Shown here: positions 46,561 to 54,834 of the stretch, piece by piece
Position numbering within the stretch: position 1 is the stretch's first letter
Layout of the letters: each line of letters starts with the position of its first letter
From: Myxococcales bacterium
GTDB lineage: Bacteria; Myxococcota_A; Polyangia; Palsa-1104; SHYY01
NCBI GenBank assembly: GCA_009692555.1
Contig: SHYY01000002.1
Span: 19,158 to 83,157 of the forward strand
Direction of reading: 5' to 3'
Length of the DNA stretch: 64,000 bases
Position numbers and translations under genes: made by a program
The notes under the pieces: model-generated
What the model was told of the DNA's origin: nothing
Databases searched by the model: none
What the model saw: only the letters and a program-made list of their open reading frames with translations

Positions 46561-47670
46561 TCAGGCCATCCGCAGCGCGGTGATCGTCCGTCCGCCCACC
46601 ACCAGGATTCCGGCGCGCTCCACCAGCAATCGCGAGCGCGCGTCGACGAAGGACTCGGTGTCGGGAAAAGTGCGCACCGCCTCGATCCGCCCGCCGCGGA
46701 CCTCCACGCGCACGATCCCCGCGTCGGTGGGCGCGAGCAGGAAGGCTCCGGCCGCCGCCGCGCCGCCGAGGACGCCAAGCCACGAGTCGTCGCCCGCGGT
46801 GGCTTCGGCCTCGCCCAGGGTCGCGCCGTCTGCCCGCAGCGCCACGCAGCGGTGGGTGGTGCGACCGGCCTCCTGGGTCGCGAGAGAGAGCCAGGCGCGC
46901 TCCCCGTCGAAGGTACAGGCTGCCTCGACGAGCTGGCCAGAGAGCCGCGGGAATGCGGCCAGCTCCTTCACTCCCGGGCGCTCGGCGTCGAAGACGAAGC
47001 CCACCGTGATCCGACCGGCGCGGTAGAAGCCGACCCCGAAGCGCTCCCCGACGAAGAGCCGGGTCTGGCCCGCCAGCGTCGTGCCGATCGTCTCGGGCCC
47101 GAAGCGGCCGTCGCGGAGCAGCAGGCCACCCTGGGCCCAGTAGGCGTGGTGCGCGTTTGCATCGAACGCCGGCTCGCCACCAACGACATCCACCGAGAGC
47201 CGCTCGGGCCTGCATCCGGGCGAGAAGATCGCGAGGTCGCCGCCGCGAGCGATCAGGGTCGCCGCCCCGCGCAGCCGCACCTTCGCAGAGGGATCGAGGC
47301 GCGCGCCCTCGTCGATGACACCGCCGTCTTCCCGCCTCAAGATCTCGCCCTCCTGGGAGAGCCACGTGGGGGACCCATCCGCCCCGATCGCGGCGAACAC
47401 GATCCGGCCGCTGGTCTCGCACCGACGGGTCGCCGTCACGTCGCCGCGCACGGTCACCACCACCTCGCCGTGCGTGGCGCCGGGCGCGCAACCGGGGCAC
47501 GCCTCGCGCGCGTGCTCGATGCCGCAGCGTTCGCAGCGACGGAAGCAGAGCGTCTCCAGGAGCCGCGCCGGAAAGGCCTCGCGGAGGTCCTTCTCGAAAA
47601 CGAGGTGAAGCTGATGGAGCAGCTCGTCGGGCAGCGCCCGCCAGGGAGTGGCCGGCTTCGGGTAGACCAC
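46561..47670 (-). CDS. hypothetical protein: N-terminal Zn-ribbon (CxxC-x11-CxxC) followed by a long beta-rich region
   Basis: CFRRCERCGIEHAREACPGCAP, then about 300 aa of G/V/R/A-rich strand-like sequence. The part of the 581-aa track ORF above 47787 overlaps pncB and is rejected. Start uncertain (GTG 47670 chosen, no clear RBS). Confidence 0.6.
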   Translation of the reverse strand: MVYPKPATPWRALPDELLHQLHLVFEKDLREAFPARLLETLCFRRCERCGIEHAREACPGCAPGATHGEVVVTVRGDVTATRRCETSGRIVFAAIGADGSPTWLSQEGEILRREDGGVIDEGARLDPSAKVRLRGAATLIARGGDLAIFSPGCRPERLSVDVVGGEPAFDANAHHAYWAQGGLLLRDGRFGPETIGTTLAGQTRLFVGERFGVGFYRAGRITVGFVFDAERPGVKELAAFPRLSGQLVEAACTFDGERAWLSLATQEAGRTTHRCVALRADGATLGEAEATAGDDSWLGVLGGAAAAGAFLLAPTDAGIVRVEVRGGRIEAVRTFPDTESFVDARSRLLVERAGILVVGGRTITALRMA

Positions 47671-47786
47671 CTCGGGGTCGAAGACGGTGACGCGGCGGAG
47701 CGGGCGCGCACCCGGCAGAGACCTTCGCGCCGGATCCTTCGGGCGGTAGACGCCTCCGTAGGGCCCGACGACGGGCCGCGCTTCGT

Positions 47787-49277
47787 TCAGGGCGGGCGGC
47801 TCTGCTCCCGCGCCGCGAGGATCATGCGCGTCTTCAGCGCGTGGAGGCCGCGCTCGAGGCCAACCGGGTACTGGTGCGGGTGCTTGAAGCGGCGGATCCC
47901 CGGGTGCAGGCGGGCGATCTCGGCGCGCGCGCGCTCGCGGATCGCGGCGATGGTGGGCGACTCCCCCACCCGGCGACCGCCGCGAACCACCGGGACCAGC
48001 AGGTCTTCGTGGGCGGCGTGCTCGGCGAACTCCTTGCTGCGGGTCGGGTCCAGCGGATCGATGATCACCCGGCTCGCCGGGCCGAGCTCCTCGTCGTAGA
48101 TGAGGTCGCCGAGGAGGGTCGCGCCATCCGGCCCGAGGTAGCGCCGCACCTGGAGCACCCCCGGCGTCGAGACCTTGGCGGCCTGCTCCGAGAGCTTGAT
48201 CCGCGGGCGCCATGCGCCACCCGGCACACGTACCGCCGAGAGCTTGTAGACGCCGCCGAGCGCGGCCTCCTCGAACGCGGTGATCAGCCGGGTGCCCACC
48301 CCCCACATCGTGATCGCCGCACCCTGCTCCCGCAGGCTGCCAATCACGTGCTCGTCGAGATCGTTGCTGGCGATGATCGCGACGCCCGGGAATCCGGCCT
48401 CGTCGAGGAGGCGGCGCGCCGCGATGCTGAGGTAGGCGAGATCGCCCGAATCGAGGCGGATGCCGGCCAGCTCATGGCCCCGCTCGCGCAGCGCGTGGCC
48501 GGCCTCGATCGCGTTCTGGACGCCGCGGAGGGTGTCGTAGGTGTCGACGAGGAATACGCAGTTGCCGGGCTGCGCCTCGGCGTAGGCGCGGAAGGCGGCG
48601 GGCTCGTCGTCGAAGAGCATCACCCAGCTATGGGCGTGCGTCCCTCGCACCGGGATATCGAGGAGGCGACCCGCGAGCACGTTGGAGGTGGCTGCGCACC
48701 CGCCGATGTGGGCGGCGCGACTGGCTGCGAGCGCTCCGTCGATGCCCTGCGCGCGCCGGAGGCCGAACTCGAGCACCGGCGCGCCGCGGGCCGCCTCGCA
48801 GATCCGCGCGGCCTTGGTGGCGATCAGCGTCTGGAAGTTGATGATGTTGAGCAGCGCCGACTCCAGCAGCACGCAGGCGATGAAGGGACCCTGCACGCGC
48901 ATCAGCGGCTCGTTCGGGAACACCACCCGGCCCTCGGGGATGGCGTCGACGTCGCAGAGCAGGGCGAGCCCACCGAGGTAGTCGAGGAAGGCGGGCTCGA
49001 AGAGCGGACCGCCCCCGCCGTCGCGGAGGCCCTGGAGGTAGGCGAGATCCTCGGGGTCGAAGCGGTGGCTGGTGATGTAGTCGACGGCATGCGCGAGGCC
49101 GCAGGCGACGGCGTAGCCGCTGCCAAACGGGGTCCGCCGGAAGTAGAGGTGGAAGGTGCCTTCGCGCTCGGCGGCGCCGGACCGCCACGCCGCGCTGGCC
49201 ATCGTCAACTCGTAGAGGTCGGTGAGGAGGCCGAGCGCCGGGCGATAGAGGCTGGAGGGGAGGCTCACGCCGAGCAC
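47787..49277 (-). CDS. pncB: nicotinate phosphoribosyltransferase
   Basis: [12 protein letters not shown]-terminal signature, [22 protein letters not shown] motifs. 496 aa, GTG start. Confidence 0.9.
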   Translation of the reverse strand: MLGVSLPSSLYRPALGLLTDLYELTMASAAWRSGAAEREGTFHLYFRRTPFGSGYAVACGLAHAVDYITSHRFDPEDLAYLQGLRDGGGGPLFEPAFLDYLGGLALLCDVDAIPEGRVVFPNEPLMRVQGPFIACVLLESALLNIINFQTLIATKAARICEAARGAPVLEFGLRRAQGIDGALAASRAAHIGGCAATSNVLAGRLLDIPVRGTHAHSWVMLFDDEPAAFRAYAEAQPGNCVFLVDTYDTLRGVQNAIEAGHALRERGHELAGIRLDSGDLAYLSIAARRLLDEAGFPGVAIIASNDLDEHVIGSLREQGAAITMWGVGTRLITAFEEAALGGVYKLSAVRVPGGAWRPRIKLSEQAAKVSTPGVLQVRRYLGPDGATLLGDLIYDEELGPASRVIIDPLDPTRSKEFAEHAAHEDLLVPVVRGGRRVGESPTIAAIRERARAEIARLHPGIRRFKHPHQYPVGLERGLHALKTRMILAAREQSRPP

Positions 49278-49323
49278 CGGACCACGCTCGCGCGATGCCA
49301 GTCAAGGGGCCCCCCGGCGGCGG

Positions 49324-49380
49324 GTGCTTAACGGAGAAGGGGGTCCCTCCGCTCACGTAGTGGTAGTCGTAGTCGTAGTC
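49324..49380. repeat. solo arm of the family D palindromic element (copy D2)
   Basis: GTGCTTAACGGAGAAGGGGGTCCCTCCGCTCACGTAGTGGTAGTCGTAGTCGTAGTC matches the reverse complement of 1307-1363 at 56 of 57 positions. It ends 22 nt before the kinase start codon. Confidence 0.85.
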
Positions 49381-49402
49381 GGCCTTTGAAACGGAGGAGC
49401 CC

Positions 49403-51403
49403 GTGGCAGATTCCCACGATCAGATCAAGCTGGCCTCGGGTGAGCAGGTGGCGCCCACGGCGGGGCCGAGGCGGAGAGCTGCGGGTGACGCGTTGACCCG
49501 CACGATCGATCCGCGCCGCCTCGCGCTCGAGGGAACGCTGGCCGCGCCGGCTCCGCGCAAGGCCGCCCCCGCCCCGTCGCTGCCGGTGATCTCGATCGGC
49601 GGTCCCGACGGCGCGGGCGCGCACGGGGAGGAGCTGGCGGTGACGCGCACCCTCGGCGAGGGCGGGATGGCGCGGGTCGATGAGGCGTGGCAGCGGTCGC
49701 TGGAGCGCCGGGTGGCGATCAAGCGGGTGCGTCCCGATCGTTGGAGCGAGGCCGCCGACCAGGATCTGCTCCACGAGGCGCGGATCGTGGGCGCGCTCGA
49801 GCACCCGAACATCATCCCGGTCCACGCGTTCGGCGTCGATCGGGGCGGGCAATCGGTGCTGGTGATGAAGTGCGTCGAGGGGGTTTCGTGGCGCGCGCTG
49901 ATGGAGCAACCGGAGCACCCGGTGTGGCAGGGGCGTACCGACGAGCCGCTGGGGCGCCACCTGGAGATCCTCCAGCAGGTGTGCAACGCGGTGCAGTTCG
50001 CCCACGGCCAGGGGGTGATCCATCGCGATCTCAAGACCGATAACGTGATGATCGGGGCGTGCGGCGAAGTCTACGTGGTCGACTGGGGGATCGCGGTCAA
50101 GCTCGACGAGCGTGGGCAGGCACCCGCGCCCGACCTCGCCGGGACGCCCGCCTTCATGGCGCCCGAGATGGTGCGTCCGGGCCATTGCCTCACGGTCCGC
50201 ACCGACGTGTACCTGCTTGGCGGGATCCTGCACGAGATCCTGACCGGCGGTTCCCGCCACGACGGCGTGACCCTCGAGGAGGTGCTCCAGCAGGCGCGCG
50301 AATCGCGGCCTTGTGAGCACGACCCGTCGGTGCCCGAGGAGCTGGCGGCGATCTGCCGGCGCGCGACCCAGGTCGATCCGGCGGCCCGGTATCCCGATGT
50401 GCCGGCCTTTCGCGAAGCGATCGCGGGCTTCCTGCGCCACCGGGGATCGACGCTTCTCGGCGAGGAGGGCGCGCGGCGTCTCGTGGAGCTGCGGGCGCTT
50501 CTGGACGCTCCCCCGGGGGCGGCGCCGGGCGCGGCCGTCGACCCGCGGAACCTGGTGGTCCGCCGGCTGGCCGCGGAGTGTCGCTTCGCTTGCGATCAGG
50601 CGCTGCGGGCGTGGCGCGACAACGTGGCGGCAGCTCGCACGGCGCGGGACTGCGGACGGGCGATGATCGATTTCGAGCTGTCGGCGGGCAACGTCGCGGC
50701 GGCCGAGTCGCTGCTCTCCGAGCTGGCCGCTCCGGAGCCCGTCCTCGTCGAGCAGGTGCGGGTCGCGCGCGCCCGGAGCGACGCGGATCGGGGCGGGGCC
50801 GGCCGGCTCGCGGTGCTCCTCCAGGATGCGGACCTCCAGGCGGAGGAGGCGATGCGCCTCCGCACCTACCTGATCGGCTCGGTGGTCATGACCCTCACCG
50901 TCGCGGTGATCCTGTTTCTCGGCCGCACCGGGCGAATGGAGGTCCAGGCGCTCCACGTGATCGCGGTGATCGGACTGCCGATGGTCCCCCTCACGATCGT
51001 CGCCCTGCGGAGCTGGCGCACGCTGCGTGACCGGCGCGTGAACCGGAAGCTGGTGTTCGCCTGGTTGGCCCTCATCGTCGCCGAGCTGGTCGAGGCGATC
51101 GTCTGCGCGCGCCTGCACGTCCCGGTGGGCGCGCTGCTCGCCACCATCGCGCTGATCTCCGGGCTCGGAGCGGTGCTCTTCGGGCTGTTCCTCGACACGC
51201 GGCGGCTCTTGCCCGTGGTTGCGGCGATCGCGCTGGTGCCTCTGGGTGCCCTGGTGTGGCCGGATCGCGTGCTGGAGGGGATGACGTTCGCGATGGTGGT
51301 GGCGACGGCGGCCTACCTCCGCGCGTGGCGGCGCGCTGTCGGTGAGCTGGCGAGCCGGGAGTCGGTCAGGCGCTCACGATCGTCGCCGAAGATCGAGACG
51401 TAG
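49403..51403 (+). CDS. Ser/Thr protein kinase with C-terminal multi-TM region
   Basis: GEGGMARVDEA, VAIKRV, HRDLKTDNVMI, DWGIAV, APEM. GTG start preceded by GGAGGAG. Hydrophobic C-terminus. Confidence 0.88.
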   Translation: MADSHDQIKLASGEQVAPTAGPRRRAAGDALTRTIDPRRLALEGTLAAPAPRKAAPAPSLPVISIGGPDGAGAHGEELAVTRTLGEGGMARVDEAWQRSLERRVAIKRVRPDRWSEAADQDLLHEARIVGALEHPNIIPVHAFGVDRGGQSVLVMKCVEGVSWRALMEQPEHPVWQGRTDEPLGRHLEILQQVCNAVQFAHGQGVIHRDLKTDNVMIGACGEVYVVDWGIAVKLDERGQAPAPDLAGTPAFMAPEMVRPGHCLTVRTDVYLLGGILHEILTGGSRHDGVTLEEVLQQARESRPCEHDPSVPEELAAICRRATQVDPAARYPDVPAFREAIAGFLRHRGSTLLGEEGARRLVELRALLDAPPGAAPGAAVDPRNLVVRRLAAECRFACDQALRAWRDNVAAARTARDCGRAMIDFELSAGNVAAAESLLSELAAPEPVLVEQVRVARARSDADRGGAGRLAVLLQDADLQAEEAMRLRTYLIGSVVMTLTVAVILFLGRTGRMEVQALHVIAVIGLPMVPLTIVALRSWRTLRDRRVNRKLVFAWLALIVAELVEAIVCARLHVPVGALLATIALISGLGAVLFGLFLDTRRLLPVVAAIALVPLGALVWPDRVLEGMTFAMVVATAAYLRAWRRAVGELASRESVRRSRSSPKIET

Positions 51404-51409
51404 AAGGCT

Positions 51410-53572
51410 TCACTTCGGGCAGACCGGACCGCTGCAGAGCATGCGGCGCGGGACCTTTCCCTCGGGGGTGGCGGCGTTGTAGCGCGAGGGGAGGTTGCCG
51501 CCGTTCTTCATCGACTCGCCGCGGATGTACTCGGCGAGCGCCTCGAAGTCCTTCACCTCGCTCTTCTCGGCGTCCTTGCGGTGGACGATGGTGTCAGGCA
51601 GCGGGACGAATTTGCCGTTCTTGTTCTTGAGCGTCACACCGACGCTGTCGGCGAAGCTGGCGATGTACATGTTGGTCGACACGCCGTAGAGGGTCATCGC
51701 GTCGCGCACGGTGTTCGGCGGCGTCCACGGGAGCGCGCGATTCATGTCGAACAGCACGGTATCGAAGGCGCCCTCGTAGCCCTTCGAGTGATCGGAGATC
51801 CACTCGATCTTGGTCACCCGCCCGTTGGTGGGCACGAAGTTTCCTTTCGCCGAATCGAAGGGCGCGCGCGTGGTGTCGTAGGTGACGCGCATCCCGCTCG
51901 GGACGAGGAAGAGCGAGTTGGTGCCCTCCTGCAGGCCGTAGTTGGCGGCGATCTCGAAGGCGATCTTGATCTCCACGAACAGCAGGTAGACATGCACCAG
52001 CGGGTAGCCGATCGAGCCGTCGGCGGGGCTGATCCCGAGCGGCAGGATGCGGAACAGGTCGGCGAAGGCGAGGTTGCCGGTCTTGCCCTTCGGGAGGTCG
52101 CCGCGGATCACGCCCGCCGAGTGGATCGCGAGGTCGGTGGTCTCGCCGCTGCCCATCGGGCTGGCGTACTTGTCGGCCGCGGCGAAGAGCGCGTCGGAGG
52201 CGAGATTGAGCAACTCGGTCTCCTGCGACGGGAGAAGGCCCACCACGTCGAACGGCGCCTTGCCGAGGGTGCGGAAGTAGAGGTCGCCCTCCTTGGCCGC
52301 GTCGTCCTTCACCGGCGTGCCCTCGATCCGGCCGAGGGCTCCCTCGAGGAACGACTTGCCGGTCATCCCGAACGGCTTGGTCTCGAGCTCGCGCACCGCC
52401 GCGCTCTGCGCCATCACCATCGCCGGGTCGGGCAGGATCTTGTCGTCGACCGGGACCAGCTTCGAGCCGGCCGCGTCGAAGCTGACGCTGCCGTCGGTGG
52501 CGACGGTCAGGTCGAGCCGCCCGACGTAGGCCCCGTAGGAGCCGGCCTGCACCACGAACACCTTCTTCTTGGTGCTCGTGTTCACGACGACGATCGGCGC
52601 GGTGACGACGGTGTGGGTGTGGCCGCTGACGATCACGTCGATCCCCGGGACGTTCTGCGCGATCCGGTAGTCCTCGCCCTGCTCGGGCTTCACGAGGTCG
52701 ACGCCCGAGTGGCTGAGCGCGATCACCAGATCCACCTTCTCGACGGTGCGCAGGCGATCCACCGTCGGCTGGATATCGGCGTAGAGCGCCTTCAGCACCT
52801 CGTCGGTGGCGGTCTCCTTCTTCGACGCGCCGAGCGAGAAGGTCACCGGCGCCTTGGGGGTCTCGACGTAGGCCGCGTTGGCGCCGACGATCCCGAGCAG
52901 GCCGACCTTGAGCCCGTTGGAGGTGGTGAGCACATGGTATTTCTGCACCAGCTTCGAGGGGTCGGGTAGCTCGGCGTAGGCGGCGGCGAGCGTGTCATCG
53001 CGCGCGTCCATCGCATCGAAGTGGATGTTGGTCGACAGCGTCGGGATGAGGCCGCTGCCCGACTGCGCCGCCTTGAGCGCGGTGGCGAGCGCGGCGGGAC
53101 CGAAATCGAACTCGTGGTTGCCGAGGCAGGTGGCGTCGTAGCCGAGCGTCTTCATGAGCGTGAAGTCGGGCGCGGTGGTGGTGAAGCCGACCTGTGGGAG
53201 CGTCCCCATCACGTTGTCCCCGGCGCTGAGCGTGAGCGTCGCCGCGCCCGCCGTCTTCGCCGCGTCGCGCTCCTGCTTGAGCACCGTCATCCGCCGCGCC
53301 ACCCCGCCCTTCAGCGTGCCGGTGCCCGGCGTGTTCGCAGTCGGGAAATCGTCGAGCTCCGGCGCGAAGGCGAAGAGGTGCGAGTGCTCGTCGTTGGTGT
53401 GGAGCAGAATCAGGCGGCGCGGACCGGCTTGCGCGAGGTCCGGCGGCCCGGCGTCCAGGGTCGCCTGGGCGTCCGATCCACCGTCGGTGGCGTCGGTGGG
53501 GGTGGGGGTGGTGCCGCAGCCCGAGGCCGCGAGGAGAAGGAGAGGTGCCAGTCGATTCATGGAACGATTCAT
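51410..53572 (-). CDS. UshA-like bifunctional metallophosphatase/5'-nucleotidase lipoprotein
   Basis: Start ATG 53572 (GGAGGA upstream). Lipobox LLAASGC. HTNDEHSH, SAGDNVMG, LGNHEFDFG metallophosphatase motifs. C-terminal nucleotidase domain. Confidence 0.88.
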   Translation of the reverse strand: MNRSMNRLAPLLLLAASGCGTTPTPTDATDGGSDAQATLDAGPPDLAQAGPRRLILLHTNDEHSHLFAFAPELDDFPTANTPGTGTLKGGVARRMTVLKQERDAAKTAGAATLTLSAGDNVMGTLPQVGFTTTAPDFTLMKTLGYDATCLGNHEFDFGPAALATALKAAQSGSGLIPTLSTNIHFDAMDARDDTLAAAYAELPDPSKLVQKYHVLTTSNGLKVGLLGIVGANAAYVETPKAPVTFSLGASKKETATDEVLKALYADIQPTVDRLRTVEKVDLVIALSHSGVDLVKPEQGEDYRIAQNVPGIDVIVSGHTHTVVTAPIVVVNTSTKKKVFVVQAGSYGAYVGRLDLTVATDGSVSFDAAGSKLVPVDDKILPDPAMVMAQSAAVRELETKPFGMTGKSFLEGALGRIEGTPVKDDAAKEGDLYFRTLGKAPFDVVGLLPSQETELLNLASDALFAAADKYASPMGSGETTDLAIHSAGVIRGDLPKGKTGNLAFADLFRILPLGISPADGSIGYPLVHVYLLFVEIKIAFEIAANYGLQEGTNSLFLVPSGMRVTYDTTRAPFDSAKGNFVPTNGRVTKIEWISDHSKGYEGAFDTVLFDMNRALPWTPPNTVRDAMTLYGVSTNMYIASFADSVGVTLKNKNGKFVPLPDTIVHRKDAEKSEVKDFEALAEYIRGESMKNGGNLPSRYNAATPEGKVPRRMLCSGPVCPK

Positions 53573-53631
53573 GGGTCCTCCGTGGCGGCGATCTTCCGCT
53601 GCATGGTATCGTCCGCGCACGGAGGTTCGCT

Positions 53632-53871
53632 ATGAAAAGGCAGATCGGAATCGCTCTCGGCGGACTCGCGGCAGGGCTTGTTCTCGGACTGGCACCGACG
53701 GTGCTGGCGCATCCCACCGGCCACGAGTCGCACACCGCGGCGGACTGCGAGAAGCTCCCCTCGCCGGAGCGCCAGCAGTGCCTGAAGTGCGTCACCCGCC
53801 CGATCAAGCACCACTACCACCCCGACTATCCCGCCGGCACCCGCTGCCGCCCCGACGACGGCAAACCGTAG
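53632..53871 (+). CDS. small secreted His/Cys-rich protein (79 aa)
   Basis: ATG 53632 preceded by GGAGG. Signal peptide MKRQIGIALGGLAAGLVLGLAPTVLA. The mature part is rich in H and C (HPTGHESH, HHYHPDYP). Confidence 0.65.
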   Translation: MKRQIGIALGGLAAGLVLGLAPTVLAHPTGHESHTAADCEKLPSPERQQCLKCVTRPIKHHYHPDYPAGTRCRPDDGKP

Positions 53872-53879
53872 GCGCACGC

Positions 53880-54497
53880 ATGGAATCGGAAGCCCCGCTC
53901 GGACCGCGGCTGCCGCTCCCGCCCGATCGCGATCAGGTGGTGATCCTGAACCGCATCCCGTGGGCGCAGTACGACGCGCTCTGCCGGGCGCGGGAGGACT
54001 CCGCCGGGCCACGCATGGCCTACCTCGACGGGAGACTGGAGTTCATCAGCCCTTCGCGCCGTCACGAGTACGAGAAGAAGCTGATCGCGCGTCTCATCGA
54101 GACCTACGCCGAGGAGACCGGGCTGTCGCTGAACGGCTTTGGCTCCGAGACCTACCGGCGCAAGGTCAAGGAGGCCGGCGTCGAGCCCGACGAGTGCTAC
54201 TGTGTCGGTCCCGCGAAGCTGGTTCCCGATTTCGCGATCGCGGTGGAGTACACCAGCGGGGGGATCGACAAGCTCGAGATCTACCGTCGCCTGCGGGTCG
54301 CCGAGGTGTGGATCTGGGCACGCGGTCGCTTCTGGATCTACCGCCTCGCCGCTCGCCGCTACGAGGAGCGGGAGGGTAGCGAAGTCCTGCCGCGCCTCGA
54401 CCTCGCCGAGATCGCTCGGATCGTCGCCTCCACCGACGAGTCGCACCAGACCGAGGCCGTGCGCGCCTACCGTCGCGCGCTGCGGCGGCGCGGCTGA
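53880..54497 (+). CDS. Uma2-family (DUF820) endonuclease
   Basis: ATG 53880 within the 447-aa track ORF. MAYLDGRLEFISP, PDFAIAVEYTSGG core. 8-nt and 6-nt gaps to its neighbours. Confidence 0.85.
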   Translation: MESEAPLGPRLPLPPDRDQVVILNRIPWAQYDALCRAREDSAGPRMAYLDGRLEFISPSRRHEYEKKLIARLIETYAEETGLSLNGFGSETYRRKVKEAGVEPDECYCVGPAKLVPDFAIAVEYTSGGIDKLEIYRRLRVAEVWIWARGRFWIYRLAARRYEEREGSEVLPRLDLAEIARIVASTDESHQTEAVRAYRRALRRRG

Positions 54498-54503
54498 AGC
54501 GGA

Positions 54504-54821
54504 ATGCGACGCCTCGGTTCATACGCCCTCCTCCTGTTGGCGTTGCTGGTCGCAGCGACGGTGGCGGGCTGCCACAAGAGCCCCACCGATGTGTGCAACA
54601 AGCTGTGCGAGAAGACCATCGCGTGCACCGGCGGCACCACCCAGGCGATCGCGCAGTGCAAGGTGCTCTTCAACTGCGCCAACTCCGACAGCAACCCGAA
54701 CCGCTGCACCGACGAGAGCCTGAACAACAGCGTCGACTGCCTCGACAGCTGCGCGAACGATAGCAACTGCAACACGATCGCGATGTGCACGGGCGGCTGC
54801 CCGAAGTGCGTGACGAAGTAG
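54504..54821 (+). CDS. small Cys-rich lipoprotein
   Basis: Lipobox TVAGC. 105 aa with 14 Cys. Confidence 0.7.
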   Translation: MRRLGSYALLLLALLVAATVAGCHKSPTDVCNKLCEKTIACTGGTTQAIAQCKVLFNCANSDSNPNRCTDESLNNSVDCLDSCANDSNCNTIAMCTGGCPKCVTK

Positions 54822-54834
54822 CCGCGGCGGCACG

